From Yuukianura sp. NJ FZ-2021 (lineage: Eukaryota), in assembly GCA_046563655.1 (NCBI GenBank), contig CM102288.1:1302001-1366000 (forward strand): 64,000 nucleotides of DNA, given 5' to 3'. The translations under genes were made by a program, and so were the position numbers. The notes under the pieces were generated by a model, which saw only the letters and a list, made by a program, of their open reading frames with translations, made no database searches and was not told where the DNA came from. Positions 12,866-24,954 of this stretch are shown here, piece after piece (the stretch's first letter is position 1; every line of letters begins with the position of its first letter).

Positions 12866-13113
12866 TCAGCGTAGGAGGGTCGTACAATGACCAACAATAT
12901 ATCAAACTTTAGGAAAAGACTTGATCTAGTACCCTGTCGGAGAAAATTACAAAATTTTAGTTCTATCTATGTAAATATGGAGGTGGAATGTTTGAGTCAA
13001 TTTTTTTCACAGTTAGAACTAAAATTGTGTAATTTTCTCCGACAGGGTACTAGATCAAGTCTTTTCCTAAAGTTTGATATATTGTGGGTCATTGTACGAC
13101 CTTCCTACGCTGA
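12866..13113. repeat. Long inverted repeat (100-bp arms, 48-nt spacer), probably part of a fold-back/MITE-like element
   Basis: 12866-12965 is the reverse complement of 13014-13113 with 3 mismatches by eye. Confidence 0.9.
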
Positions 13114-14879
13114 GCCACGCCATTTTTCAATTTCAATGTCACTGTCTCGGAAAAGTTATTTTAAAACCCAGACGACGGCAACGGAACTTGTGTCAGTAGT
13201 TTGTTTGTTTCAAAGTGCATACTTTTTTTGATCATCTTTCCACTGATCCTTTTTCACCACTCACTTAAGGGTGTTTCTTTTTGTCGATGTCTGCATGTTT
13301 TACTAACTGCACAAGCTCCGTTATCGTGGTTACTAAATTTAACGATTATTGTTTATTAGACGCATAACACACGTCCTTAAGGAGTACGGATGAACACCAT
13401 TTTTTCATTAGATTTTCAAAAAACGTGTAAACGTACTTGATTTTTTAAAAATGTCTTATCATGTCTTTTGTCACTCCAGTTTGAAAATCTGTGGATCTCA
13501 GGAAGTTGATGGATTTTGAGTCGAAGACCGGAGTGAACTGTACGGTGTATAAAGTCTAGTGGATCAGTTGATCTTGAGGATGCTGCATCTTTAGGAAGAT
13601 TGGTTATATGTTCTATTCTTGGCACAAGTCCAATTCAATTGGGAATCCATTTACGGTCTAACGGATACGAAATGTCTTTATTTTCATGGACGAAATAGGG
13701 AACGGAGCGGGGGAGGGAGACGGAGATTCTATATCGGGCTTGATTGCATTTTCCCCGTCTACACTCAATATTCCTATCCGAAAAATGTCTACTTTCCCTA
13801 CATATTGACTCCACGCTCTTCCAGGTTAGCGTTAACGCTGCATCTTTAGACATTGCCTCGATAGCATCCGTAGTCTATGGTTGTCCATGAATCATCGTCA
13901 TCGATCCAGAAATTTTTTCAATCTAATAGTACATTGTCAGGTTATGTTTTATCGGAGGTCATGAGGTCAAGCAGCTTTTAATAGTCGGAATTAATTGAGT
14001 TCTTGATCAATTTAGATAATTAATTGTGTTTAAGTTTTAGAGATGTGAGATGTCCATAGTCAACTTTTTAAATCCAGATAAAAGTAGTCATGCAGACGGA
14101 AATTTTAGCCAGTGGCGAGTAGGATATTGCAGGTTTTCAAAATTTTGGTTTTCTTTTCAGAAGAACTTGGAATTCATCAATCAAAACTTAAGGATTGTGT
14201 ATCATGTTGAGCAGCAGGGAAGATTTTTTTCAAAATGCAAAAAATGAGAATGTCCGTTAGGGAAGGAATTAACTTGTCGTTGCAGGATTTGGAGACAGAG
14301 ACAATAGGTTTTTAGACAGACGTGGTTTTGATAGTCAAAATTCACGTTTTACTTGCCAAATTCATTGGAAGCTGCACGTAGAGAGTAAAAGGTCAAATTG
14401 TAGATTATAGAAATAACAAGACATTTTAGCATCATCACCACAGACTTTGTATGTTATGTGAGTAGAATTTATTAAAAGGAAGGAAAAAACAGGTAATTTT
14501 TGAGTTTACTTAAAAATTGAAACAACTTTTTTCAAAAAGTTGTTGTTTGTTAAAACCACCGAAGAAGTTTTGTGCAAATGAGTTTTTGAGGAAAGTTTTT
14601 TTTTCAAGTTTTCCAAATATCATGTTCAGGATTTTGGAAGGAAAATTCCAGGAGTAGACATGAGTACAAGTACGCAACTCCTGAATTACTTTTTCAAAAA
14701 TGTTGAATTACATGAATTACTTCAAAATTTTGGGAATCAAGAGTTGAAAACTAAAAATTTCGGTAGTAAAACTGAAGTTGAAACACGAAAATCCATTCCG
14801 AAAAAGAACTTAATTTGTATTATTATAATTTTTTAGTCATTCTTTTGATTTTTTGTTTTTGGAAAATTGTTATGTACAG

Positions 14880-15305
14880 AAACCAGGCGGATTTTTATGG
14901 TCGACTGCTGGAGGAGGGCAAGGCAACTCCGCCTCAGCAACTGAATCAAATTTGCAACATTCGCAAGCACATCAGCAGCATCAAACCGGTTCCAGTTCGA
15001 CTTCGGTAAAATCCGGCAGTCCCAATACCAATTCCGTCACCAGTCGTCGTAATCACAATATCGAAAGTCCACAAAGTATTTCTCCAGCCCCTACAACTCC
15101 GCCGACACCCAGTACCGGTTCGGGTGTACCGCATCATCTCGACGGTACAGTTTCGGTACCGCCCGGCCAAAGTGGTGCAGGAAATGCTCAACTGATGCAC
15201 TGGATGTCAGCTGTCATGGCGGAACATTTGACTCATCAACAAACTGCTGTTGTAGATGGCGTCACTTACGTTTGGAATAACGGCGGTGCTGGTCCGGATT
15301 CGGAG
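14880..15305 (+). CDS. rn: rotund-like gene, internal exon (142 aa)
   Basis: T-rich tract and CAG| acceptor; KPGGFLWST...AQLMHWMSAVMAEHL...YVWNNGGAGPDSE; donor GAG|GTTCGT; phase 0/0. Confidence 0.85.
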
Positions 15306-15997
15306 GTTCGTCACTTGTGTTCCGGTTTTTTGCAAAACCGTGTGCGTGTGCTCGCGAATTATGGCGTTTTTGTAACTTTTTGAAGGTTTTAAGACAAAAG
15401 ATGAGAAAAAAACGAGTTAACTTTTTGTAGTAGACTCTGATTGTTCAACTGTAGAATGTTGAGGATGTGAAATGAAGACAGTTTACGGTTAAACATTGAT
15501 TTCGTGTGCAAATTTGAGGTTTTGGGAATTGCAACTTTGTTGCCAGGATTTGACTAAGTATTATGAAGTGTCGTAGCTGGCGGCGGTAGGTTTTAAATCC
15601 GCGACGCGCCAAGATTTATGGACTAAGTTTTGAAAGTTTTTTTTTTGAAAAGCTTTGTTTTTTGCTACGGAAGATGCATTGCAGTAGCCGCTCTAAAATT
15701 TTATGTCTGTAAATCAGAACAGGTTGAGTTTTGTCACCCTTAATTATCTGCATCAAGCTTCTGCATTTGAAGTCTTGAAAATGATTTAAAAAAATATTTG
15801 CTTGTCTCTGTTACTTTGTTTTGCAAAGTGTCTCGAAACCTGTTCGTTGCTGTTGTTGTTGTTTCACTGAGAAAGTCAAGCTTAATTTTCCTACAAACTT
15901 TTAATTTCTAATTAACTCCGAAGAATAACCTTTTAAGTCGAAGTTACTGAAGTTACTACTCAAACTGAATTTAAATTTTGGTTGGACTTATTTACAG

Positions 15998-16046
15998 GGA
16001 AAACTAAACTCACCAGACAGTCATCACCACAATTCAATTAAATCAG
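15998..16046 (+). CDS. rn: rotund-like gene, 49-nt internal exon (GKLNSPDSHHHNSIKS)
   Basis: TTTACAG| acceptor and CAG|GTGAGA donor; phase 0 in, phase 1 out, which exactly reconciles the frames of the flanking exons. Confidence 0.8.
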
Positions 16047-16207
16047 GTGAGAAAATCATTTACTTCTGGTCCAAGGCACTTAATTAAACGTGATTCATGA
16101 CTTTCATGGTCACTCTGTGGATAAACAAAGTCAAACTTTCAAAATTTTAAGGAATGAAATATGACTTGAGTATTGAGGTCTAAAGTTCATTTCTTTTTTA
16201 ATTGCAG

Positions 16208-16407
16208 AGATTGACCCGACATCTCCAGCGTTAACGAATTCGATCTACGGTGCCCCACGGTCGAACAATTCAGCGTCTTCAATTTCGTCGTCTCCACCGA
16301 GTTCCTCGGGTCTTGTCGTTCCTCAACCGTTGTCCAGTGAACCTACTACTGGGCATGGAAAAAGCAACGGAACAGGCAGAAAGTACCAGTGCAAGATGTG
16401 TCCACAG
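16208..16407 (+). CDS. rn: rotund-like gene, exon with GLVVPQP motif and N-half of zinc finger 1 (GRKYQCKMCPQ)
   Basis: TTGCAG| acceptor, open frame, donor CAG|GTTGGT phase 0; not in the ORF track, translated by hand. Confidence 0.9.
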
Positions 16408-19400
16408 GTTGGTGTAAGTCACTTAACTTTCACTTCATCTTTATCTGTCTGCTTTTGAAAGAAAGTGCGCTTAAAGTTTCAATTTCGGGTTTTGGCTTTG
16501 GCATTAATTCGTCGCCTAAACGCCACCCTAAGTTGCCAATTTATCCGAGCAAGTCTAGGCTTCCGCTTTCTTCAGGTTCTTCAAAGCTAGTATCTTGTTA
16601 AGTGGAGAATTTCAGCCGTGGAAGAAGCGGTTTCATTTTTTTCTTGAAAACGAAAAGTTAATGAATTCAAAATTTTGAAATTTGGAATTTTTTGTCCCAC
16701 AGTTTTTGGTCAACCTGAATTATTACGCACGTTGAGAGAAATTAATCTGAAGATATAAGTTTTACTGGCAACTATTTTCGTTGTATTTACTATACGGCGG
16801 TTTACTTGTAAATTTTTTGACATTATTTTGAGATTTTAGATCTCAAAATTCAGTTCTGGTTGGTTCATAGTTTTGGTTTTACGTTGGAATAGATTTTTTA
16901 TGGAAATTTTTTCTGGAGAAATCTTGGAGTGAGTCAGTTATTTGTTTAGTTTTCCAGCAAAATTTGAACAATTGAAGTTTTACGTAATTATTTTTTTGAA
17001 GTGATGACCGTGTCTACTAATCATGTGAACTTAGCCGAAGACCTTCGCACGCTTAAAAGCTCCATGTTGCTTGGTTTGAAGTTCGAATAACAAAACCGTC
17101 GTAAGGTAGACGCGAATGTCTAAAAAGTAAAGTGAATTCATAAAATAGAAATGACGCGCGTCATTTTTGAACTTGAAAAGGTGTAATCCGGAAAAGTTCT
17201 GGTTCCTTTCTCTTTAGCTTTTCACAACATTTGTGCAGTTTGTTGAATCCAATGAGGGTTGGGAGTACGGACAGACAGACATAACTTTACGTTTTCATTA
17301 GTTAGGTTTAATAACTTAAAATAAGGAATCAGAAATTACGAAGAAATGACTAAGAATTCCCTCACGATCACCACAAATTTTTTCAATTGCTTCATGTTGC
17401 GTGCAAAGTCAAAGCAGGAGCTCCATGACCTCTGCTCACCTCTCGTCGCGATTAATGTCCATTTCCACGTTCGAAGTCTCAATTTGTACAATGTTCCTGT
17501 TCTCTGAAGACATTAAAGTTAATGTTAAGTTACAATGCAGAAGCATTGTTTGTTCTTTCTTATACTTTGTTCAATACTAATTTTCTTGTTAAAAGATGAA
17601 ATGGTTCAGGAACAAAAAAGGACTGCAACAATGGGCCTTGTTTTGTTCTTGAATTTTCATAATCATAATGAGAGGCTGCAAAGCCTTGTTCTGAACAGAA
17701 CGTGGGAGTGGTTGGGCCAAATTTTTGAAAAAAATTGACGAGTTGATGAATTTGACAGATTTATGAGTCGAAAGTTTTCGGTCCACCCTTTGTATGCTCT
17801 GAGCAATTGAGCTTGGAATTTGCAATTTTTAAGAAAAAAAATTAACTGAAAAATGCTTCCGGAATTCGCATTGACTTTTAAACTGTTGCTTTCTTCTCTT
17901 AAAAGTGGTTTGAGAATTGCTTGGAATGTTCTGAAATCCTGAAAATTTCTGAAAATCCTTAAAATTTTTGTCCAAAATTTTTAGTTTTATAGGAATTGCT
18001 TTGGCGTACGTTGGATTTTTGGAGAATTTCGGATTGCTGTGTTGTTAATAGCTTCTGCTGGAGTGGATCCAATAATTCTTGTGAAACTGGTCCTTCTTTG
18101 TGGCAATTCCGCTGTGTTCTGTAGATGGACTTGGAGTGATTACAATCGGTCAAATAGCTTTCCAGTCATTACAAACACATTGTTTTCTTTTCCAAATGTT
18201 GGACTGATGCAAGTTTTCAAAAAAAGTAAAAAGACGGAGGTGTCCGTGTTGCCACTTGCATGAATCTCCCTCCTTAGACAAAAGTAATGTTCAGATTCAC
18301 ACCCTACCTGTTCCTCATTTACGTAAATTTTACATTTAGATTAATTTGAAAAAGTAGCCACACTTAGCCATTTATCCTTCACTTAGACGGTCACAGGGCC
18401 GTAATTTCCTAAAGTCTATGCCAAATTTTGGCTCTACTATGTATTTTGAAGTAAGGACACCTTTTGAGTCAGAATTTCTGAAATTCGAAAACGATGACCG
18501 AAAAACTGAAAACGGAATTTCAACAATGCCAAATGGTAAAATTTTTCCAAACGGCAGTGGAGTGAAAGTTTACTTTCTCCAAATTCTTTTTGGTTTGTAG
18601 ACAAGAAGTTAGATTTCTTTAGGGTTATACTTTTAGTGAAATTTTTTTCGACTCGTTTTTTGAAATTTCGAAGATTCATAAAGTTGAGTTGTTGAAGACG
18701 AAGTGTGAAGATGAGGGAGATGCTGTTACCAAGAGACCAAGGGGAGGGAAGTGTCATGATCTTGTTCTGGTCGCCATGTTGAATCTTGTACTTTTAGCTA
18801 ATTTGTATTCCAAACCACAATTGGTTTATACACCCCACAATACGCGTAATTGTTAAACATGATCTTGGGAATAATGATTTTCGAAATTTCGAAATTGAAG
18901 TGTCACTGCTTTTGAAAATTTCTAAAGTACGATTTTTCTTACTCTTGGAATACAGAAGCCTGTTGGTTGTTGTAATAAATTTGAGAATGTAAAATTGTGT
19001 AAATTTTGCAAACGAGATGAGTACCGCACAGGGTTTTTGTTTACTAGGGAAAGACTATACCGTCTTGGGAGAGAGGCATGTTTGCAATAATAAAAACTAG
19101 ATATTATGCACACTAAAGAGTTATTTCTCTTTTTTAATTTTTGAAAAATTACGAAAAAGACGCGGTACAATTTTTCCGACGTCAAAAAACCGGTCTTTGG
19201 TCTTTTCCGTAACGTAATAGTCAAACACAGGGAAAACCCGACGTCTACATAAGACGTTTATGAGGCTCATCAAGGATGCTCAATTTACGGCCAGTAGCAC
19301 TGTATGGTGCAAAATTTCCAAAATTTCTCGTTTTTTTAAGAAAAAAAAACCGTGTTTGATTAATTCAAATATCCTTGTGCAATTGACTTTTTACCAAATT

Positions 19401-22400
19401 CTTGACTTTAAAGCAACATCGGACACACGGCCAATGCAATGCTATAAAACGAAAAAAAAACCTATAAAATGAGAAAAAATCTGATAGTTTTTAAACTCTA
19501 ATGAGGTGGAACAACATGTTTAAAACTTGCATAAAATTTTTTAAAAGTTCTTTTCATGTTTTTCTGTTTTCAAGATCTTGAAGATTATAGTAGGCTAGAA
19601 AAAACGTAAATATTGGCATATTTTTAACAAATTGGCTTTTTCTAATTTTTCTTTTTACATTTCGTAACTTTCGTAATTTCGAAACTAAATATTAACATTT
19701 TTCAAGTTTCGAAATCAATTTTATTTCGTAGGTTTCGTGATTGTATCCGACCTTGAGAAGATTTTGGAACATTCAGCAAGTTCGCACGAAGTTGTTTTTA
19801 GTCGACTTTTAAATTTAACATTTCAATTCAAGTTTAAGAAACAGACAAATTATGTTGTTTTTTTGAAATTTTGAACTTGAAACTTCAAAATGGGAACAAA
19901 TCGCGTGAACGAAATTAGTAATTGTAGGCTTGTGCAAATCTGTACTTTTGTCCAAAACTGCAAATTAGAGTTACTGATCCACATAATTTTCAATTTCGAC
20001 TTTGCGTGTTTTGAAGGATTACAAGGAAAAATCTTTGAAGAAATTGAAATCTTCTTCGTTTTTGAACAAATCCGGCTGGAGTGTAGAGTTTTGATTTATT
20101 TGAGCTTCAGTTAAAGTTGGTAGTTCCAACAATGGATTTGGATGCTGTTGGAAAATGGTCATGTCTTGGCATCAAGTTATTAATCGTGCCCCTTCTCACC
20201 TGTAATTACGATTGTTCTCATGCTCTCTCCCTTCCTCCTTTGTACTTGTGCAATTTCAGGGTCAGTCTGGAACAGAATAGGCTGCTTGATTAATAATTCT
20301 GCTAACGTACTCCTCAGCATTCTCTCTCTCTTGACTTTTAGTATCTTCGAGTCGGAAATCTTTGGGGCATTTTTATTACAACATCAAAAGATCTGACAGG
20401 AAAACCTAAAGATGACAAGAACTTGACAAGGGTATAGGGAGAGAAAAAAATTGCACAAAATTAAAACGTACTTCAAGAGTGGTTCTACAAGGCTCTCAAA
20501 GTCCACATGCCAGCACAAATTACAGTTTTTGCAAATTGAAAACATTGCAATTTGAAATTTTGCAAAACTTGAAAACTGCAAAACCGTCTTCACCGTTGGG
20601 GATCAAAAGTTGTTTTTTTCCCAGAACGGAATTTTGAAATGGATTTTGAAATGCCGTAGTTCAAGTAAATGACTGCCACTGAAAGTGCATTTCTTTTATA
20701 AACGAATTTTTTTGTCCGTTTTTAGTAGTTTGTCCAAAATTTTTTATGGGTAAACAAAAAGTTGAAATTGGAGTAGAAAATTAAGATGTGTTAAAAGGGA
20801 AAGTGTTTAGAAGCGGAAGTGAGTTTAGGCTTTTTGTGTTGAAATGTTTTTTGTACTGAAAATGATCTTCATTTTTTGAAAACTTCCTTTCTTTCTCACC
20901 TTGCCATCTCAAGGTTGCACGATTGATCTGGTGTAATTTAATCACTCGACCGAAAAGATCTCATCTTCCAAATCTTTTTAGATTCCGGCATCATCTTTTT
21001 CGTAAAGTGAGTTTAGTGTAAGAGTGCAACTCCCAAGGTCTTTCGTATTTTTTATTTTACTTTTTTGAAACTCTCAGGTGAAGGAAAGGGAAGCTGTTCA
21101 AACGAAAGGAAAAGTTCAAGGGTCTTGAACTTTTTTTAAAGTCCCCTCATGGGAAAAAACTTAATCTTTGAAGGACCAGGGACCCCTTTTTTTCACTTCC
21201 GCATCATTCAAAACAATTAGTCTTTTGTGTAACAGATTCCGCAGCATCTTTGGTACAGAAGACATTTCTTCTTGGAGTTGGAACACACAAGTTTGAATTT
21301 CCGTTACTGAAGTTAAGCTAAAGATTTTTAGTTAAAATGAATAACAATTTCCAAAAATGTATTTGAGTGGCGTTTAGTTCAGTTCGTAGTTTTAAAGATT
21401 TTCTGTTTTGAGAGTAGGAATTTTTAAATTCTGACAATTTTCTTTAAAAGTGCGTTTGTTTGGAAAGTGAAAATTTTGGAGAATTTTGCGGAAATGCTTT
21501 TACTGTAAGAGCCAGGTAGATTCCCATTTGAACAGAAAATTGAGCTCGTAGGTTTTGGATCATATTTTTGTTCAGTCTTTTTTTAAAAAGAGAAAGGGAC
21601 GACGACGGAAGAGAAAAATGATGTTTTGAATTTGAAAAGTTTAAAAATAGATGATTTTTTTTTGAAATCGTGGGAACCCAGTCTCTCTGGATCTTTTGTT
21701 TCACCTGTCCCTTAGCGAACTCACATGTCCTCAAATCCCTATCTATTTCTTTTTAAAAAGAGAGCCCTTAAGCCTCTTCCCTTTGGAAGTCCAGGAATCT
21801 GCGCCCGTGAAGGGTACCCCTGTTTCGGGGGAATTGAATTCTGGTTCTAAGGGCCCAACTGGGGATAGGAAACTTGTCTTCCCACATCCGTATCATTAGA
21901 AATCAGTGCCTTTTTAGAAATGTGAGGGTACTTCGGAAGGAAGGGCTCGGTACCTTTGAACCCGGAAGGAAAAAGTGAATGTGGTGCCCTTCAGGGGTCT
22001 CACTCAAAATTTTCAAACTAAATTACATACCGCGGTACTGAAGGAATCCCGCGAATTATTTTTCAGCTCGTAATTTCACAAGGAAAAAAAAAACCTTTCT
22101 AAGTCGGATTTTTTTTTGCAAGCTCGTTTTTTTTTTTTGCCAAAGCAAACTTTATTATATTTTTTTTTCTTCTAATTCAATATCCGATTTTTTATCTAAA
22201 AACAAAAGTAATTTTTTTTTTGAAAAATGTATTTTTTTCCCGGTACTTTTGATTCACATAACCGCCTTTATCCGCGGTGTTTCCATCAGGAATCGCTTGA
22301 ATTGCAATTTCTTTTTAGCGTTGAGAGGATTTTGCTTAAAATTTCATTGGATTAGTGCCATTGTACGTATGGACTTGTATAGATTTTTGGTCCAGATGGA

Positions 22401-24402
22401 GGATTAAGGGCTCCTGGGTTTTCCAGGGCCAAAAATCAGGGCTCATGGTACTTTGTGTGTGAAAGTGCAGCAGAGGTCACGTTCAGACTCCATTCCTCAG
22501 TGTCATCTTCCTTCCTCTCCCCTACAGTTATGCTGTAGAACTATATTTTTACAGATTTTAAAAAAGAAGAGGTGTGAAGAGCCCTTGGCATTGGCCAAAT
22601 CCACTTCCACGCTACTCTTTGTAATTCAAGAGAATTTGGCCAAGGGAAGGCGTGGTGCGAATCCGATTCTTGATTGTAATTTGGGATTTATGAGAGAAGT
22701 GTTTAGAGTTTATTTCGTAGAATTACGACTCAAATGAAGGTGTCATAAATTCAAAATTCAGTTTCAGTACTACCTATGCTATGCTGTACCAAACTCTACT
22801 TTCTACTTGCATAGTTTAAGTTGGCCAAAATAGTGACCTCTGACCCTCTGGCGAGTGTTTTGCATGTCAATTTGTTAGGTTGTATTGTAGAGTGTCGTGT
22901 TTCAAGTGGTCTCGTTTTCTGTTGTTGAGCGTTTCATGTCCTGGGAAAGTTGCAAGTTGAAAGTAAGAAGGGAGCTTTAGTTTAGGTGAAATTGGATGCT
23001 GTTGCTGGCTTATTATCCTACGGACAATTGTTACGGTTGCCACCTGTTGCTGATTAGGAATGGACAGCACAGAGGAAGTGGAGGGGACTTAAGTGGGGGG
23101 CCTTCAGTATGGGGGAGGGGGAGACTTTTATAAGGCTTCGCAATGTTGAAGTACTGGTGATGGTAGATACTTGAAAAGGCGAGGAAAATGCAGAAAACTT
23201 TTAGGATTGTTAATTTCTTAGGAAGGTTTTTGAAATTCAGTGTTGACCAAATTGCAATTTGAACTTTTTGTGTGTTTTTTGGATTTACGGAATCCTACGC
23301 ATGGCCAACTTAATTAAGTGATTCACATCCAATTTTCATTAATTTCTGGAACGCCTGAGAAAAGTAGGTGGACAAAAATCTGAAACAGAGTTATTTAAAC
23401 CAGGAATTAAAATTAATAATACTTCAGTTCCCAGTTATGAAAACGTAGAAATTGAAAAAATGGAATAATTGGAAGTATCCGTAATTTTAGTTTTAATTAA
23501 ACATTAAAACAATGGTAATTATTAAACTGGTACTTATATTGTATAGCACTTTAGTCAAAAAGTTTATCCTGGAGTGTTGAATTCGTTAAGGAGTAGATGC
23601 TGATGCTGAATGACAGATTCAACAAATACTTAAGCTAAACTCCACCTAAAACTAATAAAAAATCCAGTTTTGTTGGATAAATTTTAAAATACCGTAACTG
23701 TTCCAGTAACGTGTTAAGGTGTGTCTACACTCAGAAATTGGAATAATCTTTACAAAAATCGGGACAATTTATTTTGTATACTAAAATTTAGCTTATGAAA
23801 TTTTTATGTTATGTTGGATTGTGTCCAGTGTATCTCCACTTACTGGTACCATTCTTTTGGTTGTTCGTTGGTAAAGCAAAACCTAACCTAAAGCAAAAGG
23901 CGTCACTTTTATAGAATAATGGCAGGAAGGGAGAGAAACCAGCAGCATTAACGTTCGTAAAGGATGTTCATGGATCATGGAAGAAGGGGTTACCAGAAAC
24001 GAGACTAGGGACAGAATTCACTCTCGCTGGTATATCCATAGTAACAGGGATCTGAACGAGCCAAAACCTAACCTCCATCATCCGTATCCCTCTTACTTTA
24101 GCACTCAAACTACTCCAAAGACCTATGTTGGTCTGCTGGCTGGATCCGAATTTCATAGGATTCTTTGGCTTGGTCCACCCTTAGTAACCCAGAGACCAAA
24201 AACTAGGATGATATAACCGCATAGGGTGCATATCCTAACGTTATTCTCTCAAAACCCACTTACCTTCAAAGTCTCTTCTACACTTCAGCTACTACAACTA
24301 ACTAGCCAGTTCCACTTTTCCATTTGCTAAGTAGAGACAAAAAACGAAAAAAAAGTTAGCATAGTTCCTCCCTGTACTGTGGCTGGTCGTTGGAACACCT
24401 AA

Positions 24403-24434
24403 TATTTATAGAGGCGCTTTTTTATTTATTAGTT
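24403..24434 (+). promoter_or_regulatory. Candidate core promoter (TATA-like + Inr) for the internal first exon
   Basis: TATTTATA at 24403-24410 and TTAGTT initiator-like at 24429-24434 (A at 24431, TATA starting at about -28); the AT-rich background limits specificity. Confidence 0.4.
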
Positions 24435-24819
24435 CTCATCGGAACTTTGCCTGTACCGCGCGCCTTATATTTTTTACTCCTTGTTTTGATTTTTTTCATC
24501 ATTTGGTTTTTACAACTCTCGGAGTCTCGTGGTGAAACACAACTTTAGGTCATCTTTTTAAGTTCACAAAAAGTTCATCTTCATTTTTACTTTTTGCTAC
24601 TGCATTTGTCACCACATGAGCAGTGATCTTGGACTGGTTGTCACCGTTTTTTGCTAAAAGTGCGTTACGTAACTTTGAGTGAAAGGAACTCATCCGGTTT
24701 ACCACAAATCATACGCGGCCGATGTGATTTAAATTTCAACGATTTCGAGACGTTTGACCTTTGACCGTAATCGGATTAGCAGAAAAGTTGACAAAATAGG
24801 GAGACTAAAGCATCGGAAC

Positions 24820-24954
24820 ATGATCATCCAGGACAGTACAGTGGCGACGAATGGTGTCATGGCCTTGGTTGACCCCAACAGCCTAATTGAAGCTTACAGA
24901 AACACTGTCAACGGAAACGGTGACATTGAAATATCAGAAGATGACAAGGAGGAG
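24820..24954 (+). CDS. Candidate alternative first exon (Roe-like, 5-finger isoform), 45 aa
   Basis: ATG in AACATG context; MIIQDSTVATNGVMALVDPNSLIEAYRNTVNGNGDIEISEDDKEE; donor GAG|GTAATT phase 0, in frame with the 33171 acceptor; TATA/Inr-like core promoter ~400 bp upstream. Confidence 0.6.

Noticed and set aside
13416..13853. Two same-frame minus-strand ORFs separated by one TGA (possible pseudogene or readthrough)
   Set aside because: No recognisable domain or convincing splice structure; cannot be supported without a homology search
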